A stretch of DNA of 64,000 nt from NCBI GenBank assembly GCA_051294905.1, contig CM119372.1, forward strand, positions 33,482,001 through 33,546,000, in the 5' to 3' direction. Numbering within the stretch: the first letter of the stretch is position 1; the number at the start of each line of letters is the position of its first letter. The notes beneath the pieces were generated by a model. The model saw only the letters and a list, made by a program, of their open reading frames with translations, was not told where the DNA came from and searched no databases. Positions 50,641 through 63,804 of the stretch are shown one piece after another. This stretch comes from Botryllus schlosseri (taxonomy: Eukaryota). Made by a program: the position numbers and the translations under genes.

Positions 50641-53600
50641 AGTTACATCACGTATTGTGGTACAAATATTTGAAATCTGTTGTAGTACAACGAACGATAT
50701 TTTCCTACATTCTTGGGTAGAAAGTGTACATTCCTGGGCAGAAAGTGTTTGTTCCTACCAAGTAGCTTGCCAAGAATAGAGAAAGAACGTTCAACAGCAG
50801 CAGTTGTTGGCTGACAACATTGAAGTTGGGCGTGCGTGCACTGCTGATGACACAGCACCGTGTTGCTTCATTAGGACAATGTTGTCTACAACTACATCAC
50901 AATTGTACGTTGATTATAAGACCATGTCAACCTATTCGTTTAATTTGAATGTTTATGATTCACAATGTGCAGACAATGTGCCGTCTACAACGGTAGGCCT
51001 ATAAAATAGGCTAAAAGCTGTGAAATGTCAAATGATAAGTTCCCGACAGTGCAAAATTTACGATAAAAATATATTTTGACTTTGTGTACAATTTTGACAT
51101 TTTTTGGCCTAACGCTACAACTTTGACCTAATTTAGACTTCGCCTTCGCCTGGACTGATGGCTGTAGTTCTTTGATTAATTAAACATGATCGCTTGGTTG
51201 AGCTAGTATTATAGCAGGGGACACCAACACGCGTCTCAAGATCGTATTTTGCCACCCGCGATCTGATTTCAAAGAACTTTAAGTAAAACATTTTGAAATT
51301 CTGTAATTGATTTCAATTTCGAAATTTTGCTGTTGTTGTTTGAAAACAAGCCATTCTCCTGAGCACAACATCACTATTTCTCACTAGCTGAAATGGCTCC
51401 GGCGATGGCACAGCCTTCCAACGAGGGAGAGCGAGCTAATATGAATGGGCAGTTGGGGACATTGCCTTGACGTGCTGAAAAGCGTTTTTAGGTACCTTGT
51501 TCAGCTCATAGTTCAAAATGAAATTGACTATCATGATATTTTGTCGTATTTGTATTGCTTTAATAAAATATTACTACTTTGTGGTATACTTGCCACCAAC
51601 GTTTTGCTACTTATAACTTAACTTATAAAACATATTGGAAGACAACATAACAATTGCGATGGAAGACCTAATGAGTATTTCGATTGTTTTGACATGTCAA
51701 AAAAAGTCAGAATTTTGTCAAAATTGTAGCGGTAGGTCAAAAATTGTCAAAACTGTTTACAATGTCGATCTTTCCTTTGCAACCTGCATTTCGTTTGTAT
51801 CGTAGATGTTTGCACTATCGGTGAGTTTTTTCATGCAAAGATTTGTAAGTTTTCAAGTCATAAAGTTTTTTTTCCAGTCGAAACGGCTTTGTAAAGACAG
51901 ACAATTCCAACCAGAAAGGAAGATAAGTAGTACAATTAAAACATTATGTGCGGAAACACTTAGTTTACATACATGATGGCAAGATTTTGTCACAATTAAG
52001 TTTTTTAAGGTCACAAAGTGTCAAAATTAGATTTTTAGGTCAAAATCTTTCGTTTATTAGGTAAAATAATCACCCTACTCACGAGAGTACAATTTCATTT
52101 TTAAAGTGACGTCATTTGTTTGTTACATCACAATATAACATCGGAACTTCATAGCTGACGACCTCTCGCAATCAACGATTTGCATTTTAGACAGGGCCAT
52201 GAATGCCGCACACCAAATCCCCAATTGGGTGGGGGAGAGCTCAAAGGGGGCTTAAAATTGTTTCGTAAATCAAAATTTTTGAGAAATTTAATAATCTTGA
52301 GAATTTTCGTGATTTTAATATGCATATCATTCCATCTCAAGGAAAACTATTCATAATATATAGAAATATTCATTTCTGCGCCAGCCATAACCGCACCACA
52401 ACACACCATTGTGCAGTTAAACCAACATGCAACTCCACAAAGTGTACTACCAAAGAAAGACCTTGAATACTTCATAGTCAATTAGCCATTTATGCGCAGT
52501 ATAAAATTAGAAAAAACTACGATTTTCTTCCCACCAAGTGAAATATCTAAGGGTAAATACAGTAATTTTGGGCTTTTTTAGGGGTATAAATATCTTCTGA
52601 CAAAGAGCCAATCTGACAAAACTAATGTGATATTCGTAATCAGCAACCTCAAAAACCCCAGAAACGGCTTTCACATATTCTGCCTAAATTATTTTTTTCT
52701 TCATTTTGGTGACCAGTGTAATCAATGGCGTATCAAAATCGGACGTTTCTGCTGTGAATAACGGGTTATATTATCGAATTCTCCCTTGTTCATGAATATT
52801 CAGTTTGTGTCATTCCCCTTTAAATTGAAAAGCAATCGTTTTTTCATAGAGAACTCTTGATGAATTTGATTTCGTTCATATAACGAACCGCTACGCCAGC
52901 TATAGTTTTAAAACCGTTAAAAGCAACAAATGCGAATAAAAATCTAAATAAAATGCAAGTTTTGCAACGCCTCATTATCCCACGGAAACCTTGAGCATTC
53001 CAAATTACGAACCAAGGTGCCATGGCATCCCGGTCGAGAACCACTATAGGTCAGGACTTTATTTTTTCGAACAGTTCCAACTTACCAACTCCGCTATCTT
53101 CAACTGCAAAATTCTTAAACGTAGTTGCTTTTATATATAAATTTCACAACTTCTATCGCGTCGCAAAACTCAAAATCCCTCCTCTCGTAAAGACCTATAC
53201 TACTTTCTGTTAACACGGCCAGATTTGGCCCACAAGTATGATAAGATGACATATTCCGAGCATCTCACAATCAATAACGGCCGCTCAATTGTTTTGCCGC
53301 ATAGCTGTACATTATTTCGCCAGATGTGCTAAAGTACTCAATACATCACTTCACTGAAATGTAGAGTGAAGTTAGCATTATGACCTCACGTGACGTCATA
53401 GGTTCACGTTCGCGTTCACACAGAATCTTTCACATGAACTATTCCTAGTTTTAAGTGGCCTGCGAGGTAATTCTTGAAATTAGTTTTATTATCAGAAAAT
53501 AAATTTGCTAGGTAAATTATTGCGAACTTGCCACGTCAACCAATAACTCGAATAGCCTGACCGCAAACTAATATATGTTGATGACTAAGATATCAGTTCC

Positions 53601-54198
53601 GACGCATTGGCGTAGCCAAGGGCCAGCCACATTTTCCGCAGATCTTCGTATATGACCTCGAAGTACAATATTTGATATTGATATTTTTAGCGTTTCGCGC
53701 GATTCATTGTCACTCGATTGATTGCTTTTAGTATACCATAGTGCAGGGGCGGGCAACTTCTTCAGCCGGCGTGCCGGAAACCGGAACATGAACATAAGGC
53801 GGGCCGGACTCTTGAAATTTTAATGAGTTTAGGGGAAGTACACCCATGAGAACCAGCCACAGATGTGTCCATCCTACCCTGCAGTACCCTTTTGTACATA
53901 CAATTCAGAGACGCCCTCATTCTTGCAGTTGCAAACTATATTTGGGTTTGGCGACCTATTCACGGGAGAGCCAAAATCAGTGATATGAATGTGATAAAAA
54001 AAATCAAAGTGCATTTGGCTTCTAGTCGCACGAAAAGCGAAATATTTTTGAATAAATGAATGAATTTGATAAACGATATTGGTGAGTGTATGAGCAAGTG
54101 TTTTTTTCGAAAATTTACGTCACGTATAATTATAATTTTGAACATTGATCACGCCACAAGAATATGTATTCATCAGCTGGTTCATTCTTATTAATAAC

Positions 54199-54954
54199 TA
54201 GGGCTGGGCACAATGATTCGAGTACTCGAATCTGAATCGATTAATGATTCGAGTCGAGTAGTAAAAGACGATTTTTGATCACTGAAATCATACACTTCTA
54301 GTGACTGAAAGTTAATTTATTAACGAGAATTATAGTTTCGATACTAACTTTCACTGTTGGAGCCTTTAAAGCTTGATTGGTGGTATCGTAGCATACGAAA
54401 AATATAGTTCAAAGCTACGAAGGTTACGTGACGTATAGCACAACTCCGAAGTCATGATTATCCCACAACATTGGCACCAAGTGAAATGAAATTGGTATGG
54501 TCGAAAAAATACCAAAGTATCATTTATGAGAGAGAGAGATATATGATATTCTCTTTCGCCTGCACCATCGAGATGCTTTGACGACGGAGTTGCGATACGG
54601 CCCCATGAGGTCATCTAGTCTGCGCCACCGTTTTTTTCTCCTCCATGCTATCCGTGATTGCTGAGCGCCTAGCAGGATAGCTGCGGATACCAATTATCGA
54701 GTCTTTGGTATGACCCGGCCGGGGATCGAACCCCCGACCTACCGCTTGAGAAGCCGGACGCATAACCATTACACTATCTCGCTTATGAGATGGATAACAG
54801 GCATTATAATCTTTGTGGTAGCATATTTGAATTTTGATGTATTATTTTATGTCATGACGTCATAATGAGTGATACTCGATTACTCGACTCGACTCGAAGC
54901 ACAGTCCGTGGTTCAGAATCGAATCACTCAGGTACTCGATTTTGCCCAGCCCTA
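54199..54954. mobile_element. hAT MITE with ACTCG/AATCG repeats
   Basis: TIRs TAGGGCTGGGCA / TGCCCAGCCCTA; perfect TSD TTAATAAC. Confidence 0.88.
54532..54782 (-). mobile_element. tRNA-derived SINE with a V-like central domain
   Basis: Minus strand has A box TAGTGTAATGG, B box GGTTCGATCCC, then GGGTCATACCAAAGACT...CTGCTAGGCGCTCAGCA and a (TC)n tail; TSD TTATGAGA at 54524-54531 and 54783-54790. Confidence 0.8.
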
Positions 54955-55304
54955 TTAATAACTTCGTTGAAAGCTCCTGCAACTCAACGGCCTCGGGCTA
55001 TTCTAGTGCATCTATGAAACTGTATTCTCATAATCAATACACATACACAGAGACACTAAATCGCGCGAAGCGCGCGATTTTTTTTAGTTTGAATCAATCT
55101 GCCAGGAAATATTGTACTATTTATAGATATTACGAATATTCTCGAAAGATTTGAGAATGCCATGGCCCATATTCGCCCCTGGCTACTTCGATGCGGTGAA
55201 CATCAGTGGTATTGGAAAGTCGCTTTGTCTTGCTAATGTTCATGCTAGCAAATTTTTGCGCCTAAATGCTTGTGGACGGCGATGCGGACCACATCATCAT
55301 ATGC

Positions 55305-55715
55305 GGTGTCCGGTCAATACCGAGAATGCTATTACCAAGAATGACAATACCGAGAATGGACATTACCGAGATTGGACAATACCGAGAATAGACATTACCG
55401 AGAATGGAAACCACAGAGAATGTAGCCTAAATTACCAAGAATGCAATATATGCAATGCAGGCATGTTATGCATATGAACAGCTCGTGTGTGTGCGTCACG
55501 GCGTTGCCACATTCGGTATCGATTCTCAGGTAAAAATTTCTCTACAACTTCCGTCCCAGTAAGCTAGATTCTTGGCATTGGCAATTCTCGGTAATGTCCA
55601 TTCTCGGTAATGTTTGTTCTCGCGAATGTCCATTCTCGGTAATGTCCATTCTCAGTAATAGCATTCTCGGTAATGTCCATCTCGGTAATAGCATTCTCGG
55701 TAATAGTATGGAACC
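55305..55715. mobile_element. Mutator-like (MULE) MITE with ~15-bp subterminal repeats
   Basis: 9-bp TSD ATCATATGC (55296-55304, 55716-55724); GG...CC ends; inverted arrays of ATTACCGAGAATG. Confidence 0.8.
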
Positions 55716-57430
55716 ATCATATGCGACCGTAAACTGTCGGCGGGCTGCACAAAATCCCGTCGCGGGCCGGATCCGGCCTGCGAGCCGTATGTTGTCCGCC
55801 CCTGTTATAGTGGTACCCCTTTCTGAAAATTTAAAATATTCCCAATTTACAGAATTGAGTCTAGCTATATTCGCAATTTTGTGAGAATGTGTCGTCCAGC
55901 ATGCGACTTCACGTCTACACTGGCAGAAAGATCTCGGCGACGAAACCTTGGCACAAAATGACAAACGCATGTTCACAGAAATCTTCGACATTGATATGTC
56001 CAGGCCCCGAATAATCCTGTCCGTGTCAAAGGAGCCCAGCGGTATACAGAGGCGACGGTCCGCAGTACATGCAAGTACCGTTATTATTGACCGAATTCAT
56101 TCATCAACTTTGCGAGGCTATGACGTTTATGTAAACTATGGGTTTTAATGACATGATTGTTATCGATTGTGATGCGTAGTAATATAAGTCATGTTTTCAC
56201 CGTTACCCAATCCGGTTCGCTCTTATTAGACGACTACCAAAATACCATCAATATTCAAGTGGCCCGAGCAATGTTTCGCAAATCTCAGGTGGCGCTTTGG
56301 CCGCAGAGGTTGGCCACCCCTAGCATACACATTAACGAATCATTCTGGTACCGTGACGATCCAAAATGACGCTTTTGCGACCCATACGAAACCTGGAAGG
56401 GGGGACATTTATGTTAGATTACCCTGCAAATGTGAGTCTGCAATGATGGTATTTACTAATATCTTCGGGCCTCGTGCCAAACTGCCAATCGAACCGTTGT
56501 TACGAAAATATGATGATTGTTCAAAGAACGAAATCAGAAAGTCAATTTCACGACATCTTTTCCCGCATGTCGCAAGCTCAGATGGGCTGATACACTGTAT
56601 GCCTGCCACTACACTGATACACTGATACACTGTAACAGCCACTTGGCGGTTCTGGCTCTGCGCCAGAGGCGGCAAGCTGCGAGGGGGCGGTAAAATGAGG
56701 CTGCACACAGCACGAATAGATAGCAAATCACACGCTAATTTGTTGCGACACGATTTTGTCCCGCAAACCAAGGAAACTCAGGAAGGTGAACTATAGGTCC
56801 TCCTTTAGGAGGATTTTTCCAAGAAATTGGAAATGTCCTCCAAGGACACCTAAATGTCCTTCTTCATGAAAATTTCTCCTCCTTCACAGTTTTTACCGCT
56901 ACGCTAATGGACTGAGTCAACTGAAAATAGGCTTAATGACACCAAATGGGTAATGTGGACGTTCGAGCGGGTAATTTGGAAGTCGAATCAGAATGATGAC
57001 CTTTTCTTTTAGTCAACACCACAGAAGTGTCGTAAAAAGTGGGTAATGAGGGAGTCAACAGAACGGGGCTACCTTTATTTCTTGTCAACACGATAAGACT
57101 TCCAGTAAATAATATAAATCGGCTGTTTTCAGTTTCGGTAAACTAACTTTTGTGATTTTGAAAAAGTTTCCTCCTTTCCGGATTCCAAAATATGGTAACC
57201 CGAGTGAACCAGCCCTGGGCCCCTGGTATGTGGAAATGTTTAACTTGTTATAAATTTTAAAGGTTTAAATGACAGGTTGTGGTCAAATTTATACAAGTGT
57301 TGATTTAGACTCAACACCTATACTTGATTCCGCACCATATATTTATACTTGTGTCGGAAACTTTATCTTGCGATCGGTGTTTCAATTGGAGTTTCCCAAA
57401 GCTCAAAACGAGGAAGTCGTATACACGTTT

Positions 57431-57686
57431 TGTTATGTTCTTGATCTTGTTTGAACAATAACTCAATACGACGAGGTTGCAATACGAAATCAGTATATTT
57501 TACAACAGTATGACTTTAAGGCAGCGACACGATCCAGAGTACAGTTAAATGAAAAGACCCCGAGGCAACAGAACACAGGGTATAAATACAAGCATGACAC
57601 ACGAGGAAATAATGATTGGCTGAAATTACTAATCCTATAGAAAGAAAGAGTTCTACGACACCGAACGTAAATGCACGAACATATCA
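57431..57686 (-). repeat. 3' LTR
   Basis: Direct repeat of 62042-62297 with 2 differences seen; preceded on the minus strand by the purine tract CAAGGGAGGAC (57687-57697). Confidence 0.95.
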
Positions 57687-57719
57687 GTCCTCCCTTGTAA
57701 GTTAGAGGGTTGCCCACAT

Positions 57720-60700
57720 TTACGGTCTATAGAAATCGGTGGGTTTCCTATTTCTAAGAGGATAACGTCTGCCCGACGATCGAGCAGGACTAGCTGCAGG
57801 ACGTTGTGCCCTATTCCTGACCAATGGTTGCTCAGCTTGGGACTGTTGAGGCTGAGCAACTTCCTGTGTGGCTGTATCATGACCAGTGGAAATCAAGCGT
57901 GGTTGGAGTTGGTTTTTGTGCCTCCTCCAATACCCATGATCTGTTTTTATGATGTACACAACACGCCCCAGTATTTCCGTCACCACGCCAGCAACCCACT
58001 TTGGTCCGCTTCGGTAACTGCGAGCGTAAACCGAGGAACCAATCTCAAAATGAGTGACTGATTGTCTAGGCGTAACGGGTTTCGATTTGTCGAAGGGCGA
58101 GCACAAACTTAACAAATTGCGCGGCTGCCGACCATGTAAAATCTCGGCAGGCGTTTTCCAGTCTATGCCCGGGTGCGGTGCACATCGGTACGTAGCGAGA
58201 AGTGTTTGGAGCGCGAAGTTGAGATCTTTTCCCCCGTCGCAATTTTTTATCAATCCAGCTTTTAGAGTCTGGACGAAACGCTCCGCTTCCCCGTTAGAGG
58301 CAGGGTGAAAAGACGGTGATACGATATGACTGATTGCCAAATTAGAACAAAACGTATCGAATTCATTCGATGTGAATTGCGGCCCGCCATCTGTGACAAT
58401 TGTTATGGGCAAGCCTTCGATAGAGAAGACTTCCCCCAAAGCGTTGACCACACACAAGGTTGTGGTAGAACCGACATTCATTACTTTAACGAAAGGATAT
58501 TTCGAATGCGCATCGACGATGACAAGAAACATTTTATTGTTAATTGGACCTGCGAAATCCAAGTGAATTCGTTCAAAGCTTTCAGAAGTTTTGGGCCATT
58601 CGCGATACTGACGATCAGGCGCTTTCATTACCTTACGGCAAGCGTCGCAATCCTTAACGAGATTTTCAATGTCGCGATTAATGGAAGGCCATGCGATGTA
58701 ACGTCGAGCCATCTGCTTCATTTTCGCGATACCCCAATGTCCTTCGTGCAACAATGATAAGACTCGCGAGCGAAGTGACTGCGGAATTACTACGCGCTGA
58801 AAACCATCAATATTAAGCATGACTATGTCTTCGTGCAGAGAAAGCGAATGTTTGCGAGTCGAAAACCAAGAAAAATCATCAATGTGCACCTTTGGATTCC
58901 AATTACCATGAGTGACAGATAATTTTACGAATTTCATGGTTTCGTCCTTCAGCGTCGCGTCGCGAATTTCATTGCGAGTTAACGGCAAGCCATCGAATGC
59001 CATATTAATAGCGTGAACGATCTCCGCGTTTTCACGAATTTCCAGTTCGTCAAACTCAGGGTCTGGACCCTTTGGTAGGCGAGATAAACCGTCGGCGTTT
59101 CCGTGCTGATCAGTCGGTTTATAGCGAATATCGTATTGATAAGCCATGAGCGTTAGTGCCCATCGCTGTAAGCGTTGCGCTGTAATCACGGGAATTTTCT
59201 TGACCGGCGAGAAAATAGCTAAAAGCGGTTTGTGGTCCGTTACGAGCGTAAATTTTCTACCATACAAGAATTGACGAAATTTAGTGACTCCGTAAATGAT
59301 TGACAGAGCTTCCTTCTCGATTTGAGAGTAGGATTTTTGCGAATCGGAAAGCGTTTTCGACGCGTGTGCGATCGGTCTCTCTTCGCCATTGTGCTCGATT
59401 GAGAGGACAGCGCCGATTCCGAATTGAGAAGCATCAGTTGACAAAATGAGCTGCTTCTTTACATCATAATGAGCTAACTGCGTAGCGTCGATTACGTCGT
59501 TTTTGAGAATGCGAAAAGCTGCGTCACAGTCCGTATTCCAAATGAATTTCGCGTCTTTTTGAAGTAGACGGTACAAGGCAGCGGCTTTATTCGTAAAATT
59601 AGGAATAAACGCGCGATAATAATTGACTTTGCCCAGGAATGCCTGTAGCTGGCGAACATCCTGAGGTTTAGGCAACTGTTTGATTGCTTCAACGGATTTG
59701 TGAGACGGGCGTTTGCCGTCCTTGTCGATTATGTGACCAAGGTACTCGATACTACTTTTGAAAAATTCACATTTAGCGAAGTTGACGGTGAAACCGTACT
59801 CGGTGAGGCGCTCAAAGAGTAGCGATAAGTTGCGAAAATGATCGCATTCATCAATGCCAGTAACGATTATGTCATCGATAAAACTAGCAACACCGGGTAA
59901 GCCGGCGATCATGGCATCAATACAACGTTGGAAATTTGCGGGACTAGATGCGACTCCGAAACACATGCGTCGATAACGGAATAGACCGAATTGCGTGTTG
60001 ATGACACACAAATTCTTCGCATCATCATCTAATTCTAGCTGAAAATAAGCATCGGCAAGATCAATTTTCGTGAAAATACAACCACCCTGTAACTTGTGAA
60101 GGATTTCATCCAAGGAGGGCAGGGGATGTTGATCTATCTGAATTTGTTGATTCAATGCTTTGAAGTCACCACAAATGCGTACTGATCCATTTGATTTAGT
60201 GACGGCAACAATTGGTGCTGCCCAATCACTGTAATTGATTGGTTCGAGGATACCTTGATTGACTAATATATTCAATTCGGTTTGAACAGCGATTTGCCTT
60301 GCGAAAGGCAAAGGACGTGGCTTGTTAAATACGGGCTTGGCATTAGGTTTCAAGTGAATTGTCACCTTTGTCTTGGTGCATCGTCCTAATACATCAGAGA
60401 AAACGGAGGGAAATTTGGACTGAAAAGATACCAATTTGTCGTTCGAATCAGAAATGTCAATAGTATTACATGATTGCGATTTGACCATCTGCGAGGAAAT
60501 TGCATCCAAAGCAGAAGTTTCCTTAGCGGTCATGGAGAAAGCATCGCTCCAATCGAGACCAAAAATGTTTTGCCCACGGTGTTCGTCGAGAACTACCAAT
60601 TTTAAGCCAACTCGAACTTCAGAACCCACCTGCACAGTTACAGTGCAAATACCTTTCACTTTCAGTGGCTTGTCGCCGCACGCTACGAAAGAGCAATGGT

Positions 60701-61060
60701 ATGCTGAGAGTTTCGGAGAGCCCAAAGTTTTGTACCCAGTCAATCCCACCATGGCGGAGGGTGCACCAGTGTCCCACTGTGTCGGCAACGGAATGCCGTT
60801 GATGCTGGAGTTGATCCAGAGCTGGTTTCCTACGCGTCGATATGGTTGATCGATGTCGAAGGAGAGTAGCGGCACTGAGCAGAAATTGACGGATGTGACC
60901 TGATGCGTGATACTAGGTTTGGTAGACATGCAAACAGGTTTGATATGACCTTTACGACCACATTTCTGACGTACTGAATGTCGATATTGACAGTCTTTTC
61001 TCTGATGATCGATGAAACAGCGGCTGCAGGATTTCAGTCTTTCCGGGAAGTTGCCCTGGA
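57720..61060 (-). CDS. pol: Pol polyprotein (zinc knuckles, aspartic protease, RT, RNase H, integrase)
   Basis: Uninterrupted frame (1069 aa from 60929) with WDTGA, RICGDF, FIDD, TDAS, HEGH...CDAC, LDFAG/TDGG/EAER; upstream in-frame CSRC..H..C and KCGRKGH..C. Confidence 0.92.
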
Positions 61061-61986
61061 TGGATTTGGAAGGTTTTTCCCCTTCTGATAACTTCCCGTC
61101 ATTTTGTTGACGATGGAAGTATCTTTACCGTTACTCCCGCCCGGGATAACCCTATCAGTTTCCAGCGTTCTCACGTATGTTGCGGCTACTTTGAGAACGT
61201 CGTCGAGGGATGGATTGGTTTGTGTTAGACAATGCCGTCTCACATCCGCGTGCGGCATTTCTTTAATGATGAGATCGCGCATTAGCTCATCAACGTAGCT
61301 TTGATCACAGCCATCTCTTGAGCATATGAAGTTGCAATCCTTGGAGATTCCGCGTAGAGTTGCGATCCAATCGGCGTACGATTGCCCCGGTTGCATTTTG
61401 CAATTGTAAAATTCGTACCTGGCTACTTGCACATGAATGGAGTCCTTGAAGTGTGTAAACAACTTCTCAGTCAACGCGTCGAAGGTTTGCGCACTGACAT
61501 CAGCAGCACCAAACAAATTACGTAGGAGCGAGTACGTTTCAGGTCCAACCCATGAGAGTAGACACGCTCTTTTTTTCTCCATGCTGGAAATGCCGTAAAT
61601 TGCTAGGTGATGGTTGCATGATATTGGTCCCATTTCTCTTTTGATTTGATGAACGAATCAAACTTGGGAGCAGTAGCTTCAGATGCTGACGCACCGAGAT
61701 TCAACCTCTGCGTCAATTGCGTCATCTCTGTCATGACTTTTGCCATTGCTTCGTCATGCTTTGCTTGTTGTTGCACCATCATCTCTTGCTGCTTCGCTTG
61801 TTGTTGCGCCATAATCGCTTGCTGCTTCGCTTGTTGTTTCAAATCTTCTCTGTGCCGAGCATTTTGCTGCTCCAGCTCTTCTTTACGCTGTGATTTTTGA
61901 TTTGCTATGGTTTCTTCGTGTTGCCTTTGTTGCTTAGCCATCATTTCCTGCTGCTTCTCGAGAAGCTTCAGTATACCCGATTCCAT
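61034..61986 (-). pseudogene. gag: Gag, broken by two frameshifts (~61620 and ~61075)
   Basis: A Q-rich coiled coil and FDSF...WDQY continue in another frame as KKRACLLSWVGPETYSLL...RYEFYNCKMQPGQS...CNF...RD. The zinc knuckle lies in a third (pol) frame. Confidence 0.8.
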
Positions 61987-62021
61987 GATATATACAGTAT
62001 TTGTCGCAGAAATAACTATGA

Positions 62022-62039
62022 ATCCGACTTCTGACACCA
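62022..62039 (-). other. Primer-binding site complementary to the tRNA-Leu 3' end
   Basis: TGGTGTCAGAAGTCGGAT, 2 nt inside the 5' LTR; matches the recalled metazoan tRNA-Leu end ATCCCACTTCTGACACCA at 17/18. Confidence 0.8.
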
Positions 62040-62041
62040 AT

Positions 62042-62297
62042 TGTTATGTTCTTGATCTTGTTTGAACAATAACTCAATACGACGAGGTTGCAATACGAAA
62101 TCAGTATATTTTACAACAGTATGACTTTAAGGCAGCGACACGATCCAGAGTACAGTTAAATGAAAAGACCCCGAGACAACAGAACACAGGGTATAAATAC
62201 AAGCATGACACACGAGGAAATAATGATTGGCTGAAATTACTAATCCTATAGAAAGAAAGAGTTCTACGACACCGAACGTAAATGCACGAACATAACA
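62042..62297 (-). repeat. 5' LTR
   Basis: 256-bp direct repeat; TGTTATG...CATAACA; followed by the TSD CGTTT. Confidence 0.95.
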
Positions 62298-63281
62298 CGT
62301 TTCACCATGAATGATGATCGGCTATTAGCTCTATCGAAAGATACTACGTTCAAAATCTTGATTTTGAAGATATTACCGCTGATTTTGCTTCGGCGAGAGC
62401 GCAAATTTTGGAACGGCAATTGACCGTTTATTTGCCTAATACCTTTGTTCTCCATTTTGTCTTTTATTTTGCCTTAACGCCAAGACAGTGAGGCTTCATT
62501 CTCAGGCAATATAAAACTTCTGAGTTGCGGCAAATTATTTATAATTCTTTTAATGGAACGACTGCTTGAACATGAAACTATTTCCGAATTGTTGGAGTCG
62601 GAGTCGGACTCGTGAAAAAATACTGGCTGGAGTGCTGATCGCAGTTGTGAAAATGTCCCTATGACTCCGACTTCCTTGTTATGAAAACAAGTTCTTTCAG
62701 AGGTCTTTTGAAATTACTAGTATTAAATACAATATGATTTGTATGTATCAACAATCACTGCTATTATAGTAATGATATTGAATAAATTGAACATTATTTG
62801 CAAATTGCAATTGAGTTACATAGAGGAAGAACATTGCAAGATGCATATATTCGTGACCAACGCAAAAATGATGACGCTATTACTATAGCTGCAATTTTGG
62901 GACTTATGCCATGATACTGTGAAAGAGTAAATAGATCGTTTGGTTTTGTAAGTGACAAACATCATTTGTAAAGTTGATGCAGACATAACAAACGCTGATT
63001 CCCACTTGACAAAATCAAAATATTTGTAGTAAGAAGGGGAGATGTGAGTAGTAGGATGAGCTGGGTTTGGCGCAGACCAATCAGAGAGCGCCACGTCATC
63101 CTAATTGCCACGCCCATTTTCATGCCCTAAGGGTACATTCATCTGCTACGTCATCTGTGCCACATCATCAAGCGCCACGCCTATAGTGCCACATCATCCA
63201 TCCATTGCCATATCATCGCTGCATTGATTGCCGCATCTTGATACTTTTCTCAGATATTGTATTATGTGTATTTAGGACTAA

Positions 63282-63804
63282 TATCATCCGTCCATATTTT
63301 CAACTTGATTTTATGTGTACAAGTTACGGTTTCTGCAGTTTCCACATTTTACGACTTATGATTGCCGCGTCAAAACTTACCTTGGCTAGAATCGACAGAT
63401 TTTCTATTATGTGTATTTAGGACTATGTAATTAAATTCCTATTCAGATTATACATAAATGCGAAAACTATGATGTCTATGCAAGGTTATATTCTCCGGAT
63501 AATATTATTAATATCAAAGTTCTACACATCATCACTAATTACTTAATATAAAATGCGATTTTGAGCGCTGCGACTTGATAATATGAATCCCTACGCTTCT
63601 GATGCATGATTTTTTGTGATAATGACCTAGGTAATATTCATAGTCTGCTACGATTGTTTGGATATACATTATAGCAATACCCCACTAAACTATAGGCGGT
63701 TTTATTACTCTATTGGTCAGAGATAACTCATCCGTCCATATTTTTAAACTTGATTTTATGTATATAAGTTACGGTCTCTGCAGCCTCCACATTTTACGAC
63801 TTAT
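63282..63804 (+). repeat. Local ~78-bp direct duplication (63282-63359 and 63729-63804)
   Basis: TCATCCGTCCATATTTT..AACTTGATTTTATGT...AAGTTACGGT.TCTGCAG..TCCACATTTTACGACTTAT occurs twice. Confidence 0.7.

Larger units (their letters stand above)
53744..55804. mobile_element. hAT MITE containing further nested insertions
   Basis: Ends CAGGGGCGGGCAAC / GTTGTCCGCCCCTG; flanks CCATAGTG / TTATAGTG (6/8). Confidence 0.7.
57431..62297 (-). mobile_element. Full-length Ty3/Gypsy (Mag-like) LTR retrotransposon
   Basis: 256-bp LTRs with TG...CA ends, 5-bp TSD CGTTT, PBS, PPT, and gag-PR-RT-RH-IN order. Confidence 0.95.

Noticed and set aside
54715..54782. Possible tRNA gene on the minus strand
   Set aside because: A and B boxes are present, but it continues into a V-like body, a (TC)n tail and a TSD, so it is a SINE head.
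55317..55705. CRISPR-like regularly spaced short repeats
   Set aside because: Contiguous ~15-bp units without unique spacers, in inverted arrays bounded by a 9-bp TSD; no cas genes; eukaryotic context.
57490..57717. Duplicated small ORF (also 62101-62298)
   Set aside because: A by-product of the two near-identical LTRs.
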